From NCBI GenBank assembly GCA_964464145.1, contig CAYXFB010000001.1, positions 55,132 through 119,131 on the forward strand: DNA of 64,000 nt. Direction: 5' to 3'. Origin of the DNA: an uncultured Christensenella sp. (GTDB lineage: Bacteria > Bacillota > Clostridia > Christensenellales > Christensenellaceae). Positions 52,971-62,234 of this stretch are shown here, in pieces (the first letter of the stretch is position 1; each line of letters begins with the position of its first letter). The position numbers were made by a program, and so were the translations under genes. A model generated the notes under the pieces. That model was not told the DNA's origin. It did no database searches and saw nothing but the letters and a program-made list of their open reading frames with translations.

Positions 52971-54377
52971 TTATTCACTCTGATGCTCGCTCATTATCTC
53001 CTTGTCCGGCAAGCCCAGCTTCTTGGCCTTTGCCACGCTCATCGCCGCTATCACTTCGCCTATCACAACGGCCGCCAGTACGCCTATTATGAGCGTCCAA
53101 TCCGGCTCCAGCATACCCGTATCCGGGTTGAAGGGCAGCATACTGAATATTATAGCCAGTATGAGCAGTATGAGCGGTACAAATGTCATTATACCAACCA
53201 GTCCTTTTCCGCCCGGCACTTTATACGGCCGCTCGCGGTTCGGATCTTCCTTCCTGAGCTTCCAGAAGGCGGGGAACAGGAACAGATAGCTCATAAGCAG
53301 CGTTACCACATTGAGCGCGAACAGCGTCCAGAACGCGTCCAGATTGCCGCCATTTTCTGCCATAACGGTTGCCACCATAACTATTACGGATGCCACCACG
53401 CCATTTATAATGTTGGCGCTTGATGGCACCTCCTGCTTGTTTTCTTTTTCGAAAACTTTGGGCATCGCGTGGTCACGCGCCGCATACATAGCCACATAGT
53501 TTACGCCGAAGCTCCAGCTTGCCAGATTGGCTATGAGCGTGAACATGAACATCAGGCCAACTATCACCATCACTATACCCTGCGGAGTACCCAGCAGCAG
53601 CGCTATGGCGTCCATAAAGCCGCTGGATGTGGAAAGCTCGTTTGCAGGTATTGCAACACCTATTCCAAAGGAAGCAAACAGGTAGAACACGGCGATCAGT
53701 ATACCGCCAATAACAATGGCCTTGGGAATCTCCTTCTTGGGGTTTTTCATATCGCCCGCAAAGGTGGCAACAACCTCAAAGCCCATGAAGTTGAACAGTA
53801 TTATGGATACGAAAGATATGCCCATAAGGGGCGATATGTCCACGGTCGACTGCGCAACGCCCTGCGTTACCGCACCGTATATGCCGAGGCCGCCCACCAA
53901 CACCATGAGTGCCACTTTTACAAATGTGCCTAGGTTTATAAGCCACTTGCTCTGACTCACACGGTAGTTGCTCATTAGAATGATGAACCAGATAAACGCC
54001 AGCTGTACTACCAGCGTAGTACCTATTGGTATCTCTACACCCGTGGCCGAAATAAATATGTCTGTAAATATAACGGCGAGAGACGCCATCCAAAGCGGAA
54101 AGTTCACCCAGTAGTACCATGCCACGCGAGAACCGTTCCTGCGGCCGAAGGCACGCTTTACCCAGTCATACAGGCCGCCCTCATCGTCATAGGTGGTTCC
54201 CAGCTCTGCGGATATCATGCCGTAGGGCAGGAAGAACGCCACCAGCATTATGCCCCACCACAGGTACTGCATAGGGCCTATAGCAGCCGCCGGAGCGGCC
54301 GCCTCAACCACCAGAACTATGCAAACAGCGGCAAGCACCGCGTCAAACAGCCTGAATTGCTTCTTTTTCTTTACCAT
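52971..54377 (-). CDS. aguD: APC-family amino acid/polyamine permease, probable agmatine:putrescine antiporter
   Basis: 12-TM APC pattern. Its position between ptcA and aguA matches characterised agmatine deiminase clusters. ATG 54377 follows GGAAAGGAG. Confidence 0.8.
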   Translation of the reverse strand: MVKKKKQFRLFDAVLAAVCIVLVVEAAAPAAAIGPMQYLWWGIMLVAFFLPYGMISAELGTTYDDEGGLYDWVKRAFGRRNGSRVAWYYWVNFPLWMASLAVIFTDIFISATGVEIPIGTTLVVQLAFIWFIILMSNYRVSQSKWLINLGTFVKVALMVLVGGLGIYGAVTQGVAQSTVDISPLMGISFVSIILFNFMGFEVVATFAGDMKNPKKEIPKAIVIGGILIAVFYLFASFGIGVAIPANELSTSSGFMDAIALLLGTPQGIVMVIVGLMFMFTLIANLASWSFGVNYVAMYAARDHAMPKVFEKENKQEVPSSANIINGVVASVIVMVATVMAENGGNLDAFWTLFALNVVTLLMSYLFLFPAFWKLRKEDPNRERPYKVPGGKGLVGIMTFVPLILLILAIIFSMLPFNPDTGMLEPDWTLIIGVLAAVVIGEVIAAMSVAKAKKLGLPDKEIMSEHQSE

Positions 54378-54461
54378 AGAATTTAACTCCTTTCCACCGC
54401 GCACCGCTCGGGGACGCGGTACCCCCAAAAGGGAATATCCTATACACCATGCGAGATAGTT

Positions 54462-55475
54462 TTACTTGCCCTGCAAAAATGCGTTCAGCTTTGCCATTTC
54501 CTCGTCGAAATCGGCCTTGTCTATTTCGCTGTGATGCTGTATGAAGGAAACCAGCAGCGCGCGCATGGATGTGAGGCGGTTTTCCGCTTCGTCGAAAACA
54601 ACGGAATATTCGGAATCTATGACCTCGTCCGTCACTTCCTCGCCCCTTGTCGCGGGCAGGCAGTGCAGGAATTTAACGGTGGGCGCGGCCTTCTTTATCA
54701 TGTCCATATCCACCTGATACTTGGGATAGAATGTCTTCATGCGCTCCTCTTCGGAAAGCTCCGCTTCGTACAGGCCATACCATACGTCCGTGTATATTAT
54801 GTCGGCACCCGTTATGGCGTCGTCCTCGTCCTCGGTCACGCGCACGCTGCCGCCCGAAACCTTGCACATTTCACGGCCTAAATCAAGCCTGTCCTCAGAA
54901 AGCTGGAAGCCCTTGGGCCCGTACTGCACAAATTCGCAGCCCATCTTGGCGGCTATGCACATAAGGGAGAAGCAAACCTGCGTGGCGTCGCCCACGAACA
55001 CTATTTTCATATCCTCCAGCTTTTTGCCGGCGGGCATATGCTCTATTATGGTGGTGAGGTCGCCCATCTCCTGCGTGGGATGGTTGTAGTCGCTCATGCC
55101 GTTTATTACGGGTATGGTGGCGTATTTCGCAAGGTCTGTCACCTGCTTGTGCGTAACCACGCGCGCCATCAGTATGTCCACCAGGCGGGACAGCACCTGC
55201 GCCGTATCGCCGATGGTCTCGTGGCCGCCCAGCTGTATCTGGCCGGGAGCGAGATATTGCGCGTGGCCGCCCATCTGTGCCATCGCCGTTTCAAAGGAAA
55301 CCCGGGTACGCGTTGAGGACTGCATGAATATCATGCCCAGCACCTTGTGCCTCATAAGCTGCGGATAATATCCCAGCTTGATAGCCTTCTTGAGCTTGAT
55401 GCCTATGTCTATCATTTGGAGCAGTTCTTCCTTTGTGAAATCCTTTGTTTCTACGAAATCCTTAAAACGAGCCAT
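54462..55475 (-). CDS. ptcA: putrescine carbamoyltransferase (transcarbamylase family)
   Basis: STRTR and HPTQ motifs. [10 protein letters not shown] occupies the place of the ornithine-type DVWxSMG, and HCLPA is present. The context (aguA, antiporter, arcC) supports putrescine rather than ornithine. Confidence 0.8.
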   Translation of the reverse strand: MARFKDFVETKDFTKEELLQMIDIGIKLKKAIKLGYYPQLMRHKVLGMIFMQSSTRTRVSFETAMAQMGGHAQYLAPGQIQLGGHETIGDTAQVLSRLVDILMARVVTHKQVTDLAKYATIPVINGMSDYNHPTQEMGDLTTIIEHMPAGKKLEDMKIVFVGDATQVCFSLMCIAAKMGCEFVQYGPKGFQLSEDRLDLGREMCKVSGGSVRVTEDEDDAITGADIIYTDVWYGLYEAELSEEERMKTFYPKYQVDMDMIKKAAPTVKFLHCLPATRGEEVTDEVIDSEYSVVFDEAENRLTSMRALLVSFIQHHSEIDKADFDEEMAKLNAFLQGK

Positions 55476-55601
55476 GTGATCGTTCCTCCTAGTGTATTTA
55501 TTTTTTGATTGATTTATGCTTATGCGGCCATGCGCCGCTTAGAGTTCGCCGTTCCCGCCGTGAAATGTAAGTTTTTGGGGGAACAACTAAAATATAATGC
55601 T

Positions 55602-55843
55602 TTGTTCACAAAAAAGCCATATCTTTTTATATGTTTGTAAAGAATGTAACATTATTGGGTCGGCGTTACATATTTGTGAACAAAATGCCATCTTTCCGTT
55701 ACACAAAACTGTTTTGCATGTAACAAAATGCCATAGTATAAACTTCAAAAATGGCACTACGCCGCGCAAATAATTTTTTTGAACCCATTTTTTTGGCTGC
55801 CTCACGTTTTTTCAGTTGTAACAATAGCCGCTCAGGCGTTACA
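55602..55843. promoter_or_regulatory. upstream control region of the agmatine operon with repeated motifs
   Basis: Three direct copies of TGT(n)ACAAAA(t/a)GCCAT (55602-55620, 55675-55691, 55719-55734) plus three TGTAAC/GTTACA inverted pairs with 14-15 nt spacers (55645-55670, 55698-55724, 55817-55843). Confidence 0.45.
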
Positions 55844-55954
55844 TCACACAGCCCTGTTCCATGATTTTTCCATATATTTTTCACACAACGCGAATAAAAA
55901 TATCTGTGCGCGTTTATATTTATAATATAGAATTGCAAAAGGGGCTGTAAGGGT

Positions 55955-56188
55955 ATGAGGGAAGTCAGCAACAATACGCACCGGCTGTATAAGCCGCTTT
56001 ACTCCAAAGAGCACGTGCATACGCACATAGGCGCGCTACACACGGTACGCTTCTTGCTTATTGTGTTCGCCATAATCGGTGCGCTTGGCGTACTCGCCTT
56101 TCTTTTCCCTAATCATTACCATTTCCCGAGCTGGATAACGGACGGCCTGAACTTGGCCGCGCCGCCGGACGCGATATCTTTAAATTAG
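55955..56188 (+). CDS. hypothetical small membrane protein (77 aa)
   Basis: One TM segment (FLLIVFAIIGALGVLAFLF), weak RBS, followed by a weak terminator. Confidence 0.35.
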   Translation: MREVSNNTHRLYKPLYSKEHVHTHIGALHTVRFLLIVFAIIGALGVLAFLFPNHYHFPSWITDGLNLAAPPDAISLN

Positions 56189-56208
56189 CTGTATTTAGAT
56201 AAAAAGCG

Positions 56209-56229
56209 ACGGCGTGAGCCGTTTTTTTT
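56209..56229 (+). terminator. weak intrinsic terminator
   Basis: acggc-gtga-gccgt followed by T8. Confidence 0.45.
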
Positions 56230-56330
56230 ATGCTTTTGTGCATCTCACGGCTCAAATATGCATTTGGCAGACGAACGTATTGCGCATATTTTAAGCCGAT
56301 GATATTTTAAATACACAGGGAGGGCGGCGT

Positions 56331-56780
56331 ATGAAGCTTATAATAGACCAGTCTCCGGAGTACGGCGAGGTTGAGATAACAATAAAATGCGGAATATTGG
56401 ACGAACGGCTCCAGAAGCTGGTGGAACAGATACGCACATATTCTTTTTCCATAGCGGGCAGGAGGGACGGCCGCACATACAGCCTCGCGCCGAACGGCAT
56501 ATATTATTTTGAGAGCGTGGAGGGGCGCACCTTCGCCTATACGGAAAAGGACGTGTACGAGTGCAGCGCTTCGCTTTCTCAAATGGAAAACAATTTGGCG
56601 GCCACGCATTTCGTGCGCGTCAGCAAGGCCTGCATACTCAATGTAAGCGTGCTGGAAAGCGTGCGCGTACTTATAAACGGGCGCATGGAGGCGCAGCTTT
56701 CAAACGGCGAAAAGCTCATAATAAACCGCCATTACGTGCAAGATCTAAAGGACAAGCTCAATATGCTGGGGGGTGAGTAG
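56331..56780 (+). CDS. LytTR-family DNA-binding protein
   Basis: C-terminal LytTR pattern (IYYFES...FVRVSKACILN...INRHY). Confidence 0.85.
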   Translation: MKLIIDQSPEYGEVEITIKCGILDERLQKLVEQIRTYSFSIAGRRDGRTYSLAPNGIYYFESVEGRTFAYTEKDVYECSASLSQMENNLAATHFVRVSKACILNVSVLESVRVLINGRMEAQLSNGEKLIINRHYVQDLKDKLNMLGGE

Positions 56781-57224
56781 ATGGAAAAATTCAAGATGTA
56801 CGTGAGCGTGGCCTGCACCTCCTTCACTATACTTATGCTTATATTCACCGTGCTTTCGTTATTTGATATCACGGGCACGGTGAATGCCATTGCGGTGCTG
56901 GTGCTTATGGCCATGACAATGATAATAGCCGTGGCGCTGTTTTTTACGGACAAAATACCCGTTTCCACACAGCTGGCACGCTCCGCAATGGATATGGCCG
57001 TGATACTGGCCGTGGTGCTGGGGCTGGGCTCCGCCTTTGGCGTGGTGCCGCTCACATCGGACGCCATAGCTGTAGCCGTGGCGATGTCGGCAGCGGTATA
57101 CGCGGGCACAGTTCTCATAATGATGATAAAAACCAAATCCGACGTGGACGAAATAAACCGCACCATACGGAATATAAGGGACATGGGAAAGATGAAGGGA
57201 AAAAACGATGGAAAAGATGATTGA
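56781..57224 (+). CDS. DUF3021-like small membrane protein
   Basis: Four TM segments, immediately downstream of a LytTR gene (a common pairing). Confidence 0.65.
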   Translation: MEKFKMYVSVACTSFTILMLIFTVLSLFDITGTVNAIAVLVLMAMTMIIAVALFFTDKIPVSTQLARSAMDMAVILAVVLGLGSAFGVVPLTSDAIAVAVAMSAAVYAGTVLIMMIKTKSDVDEINRTIRNIRDMGKMKGKNDGKDD

Positions 57225-58122
57225 GGTAGCCGGACTCAAAAAGAGCTACGGCGATGTGGCGGCTGTACGCGGCTTAGATTTTGCCGTGGAGCGGGGCGGG
57301 CTGTTCGCCTTCCTCGGCCCAAACGGCGCGGGCAAATCCACCACTATAGATATGATATCCACACAGCTTGCCCCCACGGCCGGCCGTATAACGGTGGACG
57401 GGCTGCGCGTGGGCAGTGACGACGCGGCCATACGCTCGCGTATAGGCATAGTTTTTCAGGACAGCGTGCTGGACACACAGCTCACCGTGCGCGAAAATCT
57501 GGCACTGAGGGCGCGGTTTTATGGTCTTTCGGGCGCCGAGCGCAAGGCGGCCGTGCGGCGTGCGGCGGACGCGGCGGACGTTATGGAGTTTATAGACCGC
57601 CCCTACGGCAAGCTTTCGGGTGGGCAGCGGCGGCGCGCGGATATCGCCCGCGCGCTCATAAATACGCCCGGCCTGCTTTTTCTGGACGAGCCCACCACCG
57701 GCCTAGACCCGCAGACGCGGCGCAAGGTGTGGGAAACGGTGCTGGCACTTAAAAGCGAGCACGGCATGACGGTCTTTCTCACCACGCACTATATGGAGGA
57801 GGCCGCGCAGGCGGACAACGTGACCATAATAGACCACGGCAGCATACTGGCCGAGGGCACGCCCGCCCAGCTAAAGGAGCGCTACGCAAGCGATATGCTG
57901 CGGCTCACGCCCAAGGCGGAGCAAGCGGTGCTTGGTTATCTTTCCACGCGCGGCATAGCCTACACGCAGTCGGGCGGCAATATAAACGTGCCCATAGCGA
58001 ACACCGCCGATTCACTGCCCATAATAAACGGTGTGGCGGAGCACATAGCCGGCTTTGAGGTGGCGCGCGGCAGTATGGACGACGTATTCATAAACCTTAC
58101 GGGGGAGGATATAAGAAGCTGA
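57208..58122 (+). CDS. ABC transporter ATP-binding protein (ABC-2/DrrA type)
   Basis: GPNGAGKST, LSGGQRRR, LLFLDEPT. Confidence 0.9.
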   Translation: MEKMIEVAGLKKSYGDVAAVRGLDFAVERGGLFAFLGPNGAGKSTTIDMISTQLAPTAGRITVDGLRVGSDDAAIRSRIGIVFQDSVLDTQLTVRENLALRARFYGLSGAERKAAVRRAADAADVMEFIDRPYGKLSGGQRRRADIARALINTPGLLFLDEPTTGLDPQTRRKVWETVLALKSEHGMTVFLTTHYMEEAAQADNVTIIDHGSILAEGTPAQLKERYASDMLRLTPKAEQAVLGYLSTRGIAYTQSGGNINVPIANTADSLPIINGVAEHIAGFEVARGSMDDVFINLTGEDIRS

Positions 58123-59003
58123 TGAAAACGAATAAAAACAGCGCGTTTGCCGGGCTTACCGGCCGCAATCTAAAGATATTTTTTCGGGACAAGACCTCGG
58201 TATTTTTCTCGCTGCTGGCGGTGCTCATCATAATAGCGCTGTACGCCTTCTTTTTGGGCGACGTGCTGAAGGAGGGGCTGCCCGAGGTCGCGGGCGCGGG
58301 CGATCTTATGAACGGCTGGATAATAGCGGGCATACTGGCCGTTATCTCCATGACCTCCACGCTGGGCGCCTTCGGCGTGATGGTGGAGGACAGGGCGCGC
58401 AAGATGTACAAGGATTTCTCCGTTTCGCCCATAGGCCGCGGCGCAATATCGGGCGGCTACATAGCCTCCGCCTTTTGCGTTGGCGTTATAATGAGCCTTG
58501 TTGCCCTCGTTATAGGTGAGATATACATAGTGGCAAACGGCGGAGCGCTGCTCTCTCCCGAGGCTATATTAATGACGCTTGGCACCATACTGCTCTCCGT
58601 GCTGGCCAGCAGCGCGATAGTTTTCTTCATAGTAAGCTTTTTCAAAACGATGAACGCCTACAGCACGGCCAGCACCGTGATAGGCACGCTAATAGGTTTT
58701 CTTACCGGCATGTACATAAACATAGGCAGCCTGCCCGAGGGCGTGCAGTCTGTAATAAAGGCCTTTCCTGTGTCCTACTCCGCGCTTATGTTCCGCAATA
58801 TATTCATGGAAAAACCCATGGCCGAGGTTTTCTCGGGCGCGCCCGCAAGTGCCGTGACAGACTTCAAGCTCAGCATGGGCGTGGAATTTTCCTATGGCGA
58901 CTATACCTCTACCGCGCTGTTATGCGTGATAGTGCTTATCGGCACCGCCGCGCTCTTCTATCTGCTGGCGCTTGCCAATATGTCCCGCAAACGCAAAGCG
59001 TAG
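58122..59003 (+). CDS. ABC-2 type transporter permease
   Basis: Six TM segments. ATGA overlap with the ATPase gene. Confidence 0.8.
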   Translation: MKTNKNSAFAGLTGRNLKIFFRDKTSVFFSLLAVLIIIALYAFFLGDVLKEGLPEVAGAGDLMNGWIIAGILAVISMTSTLGAFGVMVEDRARKMYKDFSVSPIGRGAISGGYIASAFCVGVIMSLVALVIGEIYIVANGGALLSPEAILMTLGTILLSVLASSAIVFFIVSFFKTMNAYSTASTVIGTLIGFLTGMYINIGSLPEGVQSVIKAFPVSYSALMFRNIFMEKPMAEVFSGAPASAVTDFKLSMGVEFSYGDYTSTALLCVIVLIGTAALFYLLALANMSRKRKA

Positions 59004-59007
59004 GGTA

Positions 59008-59691
59008 TTACCATCCCTCGCGCGAAAGCCGCTCCTGCAAACGCCGGAGCGATTGCCGCCGTTCCCGCCAATCGGGCACGTACCGCTGCACTATCGCCCA
59101 AAAGGCGGGCGAGTGATCGTGCCTGAAAGTGTGCGCCAGCTCGTGCACTATGACGTAATCCACGGCGGCGGGCTCCGCCAGTATCAGCCGCCACGAATAA
59201 TTTATGCTGTTTTTACCGCCGCAGCTCCCCCAGCGCGTCTTGGCCGAGTTTATCCTTATGGCCGTGGGGGCTGCGTTCATTTTTTCGGCAATTTGCAGCG
59301 TGCGGTTCCTGAGATAGGTGCCCGCCACATCGCGATACACCAGCGTGAGCAGATTTTTTATGGCGGCGCTGTCCATGCCGCGCGGCACGGAAAATTTTTC
59401 GCCGTCAAAGCCCGCTCTTCCCTCCGCAGCCACTATGGGAAATTCCCTGCCCAAAAGCGGCGCGCAATCCCCATAATCCACCGAAAACTCCGCCCGCGCG
59501 GCCAGCCTTTCGCGCTGGGCGCTGCTGTGCTTTGCTATCCAATCCGCCTTGGACAGCACAAACGCGTCTATGGCGCGCACCGAAGCCCGCCTAGGCGCAC
59601 GCACCGTCACAACGCCTTCCTTTATATATATGCCTATGCTTTTGCGCGCGCAGCGCACCAGCTCGTATTTGGGAACGGTTTTTTTTATCAT
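59008..59691 (-). CDS. YgjP-like (DUF45/M48-type) zinc metallopeptidase
   Basis: HELAH motif in VIVHELAHTFRHDHSPAFW. Confidence 0.8.
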   Translation of the reverse strand: MIKKTVPKYELVRCARKSIGIYIKEGVVTVRAPRRASVRAIDAFVLSKADWIAKHSSAQRERLAARAEFSVDYGDCAPLLGREFPIVAAEGRAGFDGEKFSVPRGMDSAAIKNLLTLVYRDVAGTYLRNRTLQIAEKMNAAPTAIRINSAKTRWGSCGGKNSINYSWRLILAEPAAVDYVIVHELAHTFRHDHSPAFWAIVQRYVPDWRERRQSLRRLQERLSREGW

Positions 59692-59711
59692 AAACAGATT
59701 CTATCAAATTC

Positions 59712-59740
59712 TTGAACAATTCGCAAAACGCATTTATAAT
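59712..59740 (+). promoter_or_regulatory. sigma-70-type promoter of deoD
   Basis: TTGAAC, 17-nt spacer, TATAAT. Confidence 0.5.
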
Positions 59741-59794
59741 ATAGTATAAACAAACATTGTATGCGCTGCGGCGCGGAAAGGCGGAACGAAAAAC

Positions 59795-60502
59795 ATGTCC
59801 ACACCATCCATTTTTATAGACGGAGACAAGGGGCAGATAGCCAAAACGGTGCTTATGCCGGGCGACCCGCTTCGCGCGAAATTCATAGCGGAGACCTATC
59901 TTTCAAACATAGAGCAAATAAGCAACATACGCGGAATACCCGTTTTCACGGGCGAATATAAGGGCAAGCAGCTCACCGTTATGGCGAGCGGCATGGGAGT
60001 GCCCTCCATGGGGATATATTCTCATGATCTGTACAACTTCTTTGACGTGGAAAATATAATACGCGTGGGCACGGCGGGCGGCATACACCCTGACCTTGAG
60101 GTGCGAGACATCGTTATAGGTCAGGCGGCCTGCACGATAACCAATTTCCTCATGCAGTTCCGTATGCCCGGCACCTTCGCGCCCATAGCGGACTTCGGGC
60201 TGCTCAAAAAAGCGGCCGATCAGGCGGAGAAAATGGGGCTGCGCTACCGCGTGGGCAACCTCTACTGCTCGGACTTTTTCTATGACGACGCGCAAAGCCT
60301 TGCGGAGTGGCAAAAGCTGGGCGTGCTGGCCGTGGAAATGGAGAGCGCTGGGCTATACGCAAACGCGGCACGCTTCGGCAAGAAGGCGCTGTGCATCTGC
60401 ACCGTGTCGGACTGCCCGCTCACCGGCAAATTCTCCACAGCGGAGGAATGCGAAAAAACATTCACCAGCATGATGGAGCTGGCGCTGGAGATCGCCGAGT
60501 GA
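59795..60502 (+). CDS. deoD: purine-nucleoside phosphorylase, DeoD (hexameric) type
   Basis: VLMPGDPLRAKFIAETYL, SGMGVPSMGIY, RVGTAGG, VEMESAGLY. Confidence 0.92.
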   Translation: MSTPSIFIDGDKGQIAKTVLMPGDPLRAKFIAETYLSNIEQISNIRGIPVFTGEYKGKQLTVMASGMGVPSMGIYSHDLYNFFDVENIIRVGTAGGIHPDLEVRDIVIGQAACTITNFLMQFRMPGTFAPIADFGLLKKAADQAEKMGLRYRVGNLYCSDFFYDDAQSLAEWQKLGVLAVEMESAGLYANAARFGKKALCICTVSDCPLTGKFSTAEECEKTFTSMMELALEIAE

Positions 60503-60588
60503 TTTTTTCACGAATAATTTTGTTTTGTACGCGCCGCCGCTGTCCATAATAATATCAGCGGAGAAAGCAAGAAAAGGAAAGTGATCTT

Positions 60589-60903
60589 ATGAGCCTCAAT
60601 CCGGAATGCGTGAGGGATACGCTGCTCACGATACACAGGGAAGATTTCGGCCACGGCTGGGTTTTTTACAAGGATTCCAGCCTGCTTGGCAAATATAAGG
60701 AAAAAGAGATAGTGCATCACGTAAAGCTCTTTATGATGGCCGATCTGGTGGTTGATGTAAAGGGCATCTTCGGCAACTATTTCGATATAAAGGGCGGGCT
60801 TTCCGAAGAGGGAAAACAATTCGCGGACAATATAAACGATGACGACGTATGGACACGGCTGATGGAAAAATTTGCGCAGCTGCCCATGCTGAAAACAAAA
60901 TAG
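60589..60903 (+). CDS. DUF2513/YjcQ-like small protein
   Basis: N-terminal LNPECVRDTLLTI and C-terminal GKQFADNINDDDVW resemble that family as I remember it. Not verified. Confidence 0.5.
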   Translation: MSLNPECVRDTLLTIHREDFGHGWVFYKDSSLLGKYKEKEIVHHVKLFMMADLVVDVKGIFGNYFDIKGGLSEEGKQFADNINDDDVWTRLMEKFAQLPMLKTK

Positions 60904-60971
60904 CAACGCAAAAACGGCTGCTTCGAGCGGCCGTTTTTAAATAGTATATAAACGGAAGGAAAACACAGGCC

Positions 60972-61388
60972 ATGGACACTATCATAATATATTACTCGTA
61001 CACCGGCCATACCGCAAGACTGGCGGAGGCCAAGGAAAAAGAGCTTGGCGCAGTGCTGCTTCAGGTGAAGGACGTGAAAAAACCGGGCGGGCTGAAAACA
61101 TTCTTTTCCGGCTGTCCGGCCGCAATGGGCAAAAAAGGCTGGCCAATAGCGCCGTTCGAAAAGGATATCGCGGGCTATAAGCGCTACATAGTTATGGGGC
61201 CTATCTGGGCAGGGCATGCCGCGCCGCAGGTGAACGCCATAGTTGAGAGCATACCTTCCGGCAGCAGCGTGGAATTTATAATGGTATCGGGCGGCGGCCA
61301 AAGCAGCGCCAAGGCGGCCGCAAAAGCCGAACAGCACGCCAAGGAGCACGGGCTCGTCTTTGCCGGATATACGGATGTGCGGGGGTAG
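60972..61388 (+). CDS. flavodoxin-like protein
   Basis: IIIYYSYTGHTARLA N-terminal phosphate-loop pattern. Confidence 0.7.
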   Translation: MDTIIIYYSYTGHTARLAEAKEKELGAVLLQVKDVKKPGGLKTFFSGCPAAMGKKGWPIAPFEKDIAGYKRYIVMGPIWAGHAAPQVNAIVESIPSGSSVEFIMVSGGGQSSAKAAAKAEQHAKEHGLVFAGYTDVRG

Positions 61389-61449
61389 CCGCGGATTAAA
61401 TCACAATAGCTGAATATCGCGCTTGGGGGCGCGTTTGGGAGGGGATACC

Positions 61450-62112
61450 ATGAGGAAAGCATTTGTCATTTTGTTTATGTTACCCGTTTTTTTGCTGTGC
61501 TCAGGCTGCTTCACAGACCACGATAAAACAACCTGGTACGCCGCTTCGCAGTTCGATTATATAACGCTGGACACGCTCATGGAGTACGGCGGAGATTTTG
61601 AGTTTGGCCACTATATGACCTTTGGCAAAACCCCAGACGAAAAAACCGCAATGGACGGCAGTTTTGACAAAAAGCGCGGCGAGGAGGATCACGCGTTCTG
61701 CAAGCAGGCCACAGACGAATTTATAGACATATTGTCCGGCCAAAAGCTGTACGCGCTAAAGATCACGCCCGAATACAACGGCGATTACGACAAATTTGCA
61801 AGAGAATATTTCAACGATCCAGCCAACTCTCCCCAAAATGAAAATCTACCCTATCCTCGCTTTTACGCAAGCATACCCACGCTCCACAAAAAGGGAGCAG
61901 CAAAAGATCAGACTTTTCTGCGCTGGATATCCATAATAGGCAATCCGAATAAATGCCGGATAGATGTGGAATTCATGCGGCAGGATGACGACAAAAAGCA
62001 TCAAGTGTACGTATATTTTATAGAAGACGAACATCTCATTGAAAAGCTCTCCGCCTGGGTGGACAAATGCCTGGAGCAGGACGGCGCGGAGCCCTACGAG
62101 GTCGGCGAGTAA
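61450..62112 (+). CDS. hypothetical lipoprotein
   Basis: Signal peptide ending LLCSGC. ATG 61450 follows GGGAGGGGA. No recognisable family. Confidence 0.6.
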   Translation: MRKAFVILFMLPVFLLCSGCFTDHDKTTWYAASQFDYITLDTLMEYGGDFEFGHYMTFGKTPDEKTAMDGSFDKKRGEEDHAFCKQATDEFIDILSGQKLYALKITPEYNGDYDKFAREYFNDPANSPQNENLPYPRFYASIPTLHKKGAAKDQTFLRWISIIGNPNKCRIDVEFMRQDDDKKHQVYVYFIEDEHLIEKLSAWVDKCLEQDGAEPYEVGE

Positions 62113-62188
62113 CGTTCAATAATACTGATCACTGACAAAAAAACTCTAGCTGTGAACGCCGATCATTGGTTAAAAGTATAAAAAAATA

Positions 62189-62220
62189 AGCTTTGCGGCG
62201 CAAAGCCTATTTTTGTTTTT
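62189..62220. terminator. bidirectional intrinsic terminator
   Basis: A-tract, gctttgc / gcaaagc stem, then ctatttttgttttt. Confidence 0.65.
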
Positions 62221-62234
62221 CGTATAGGTTCTGT

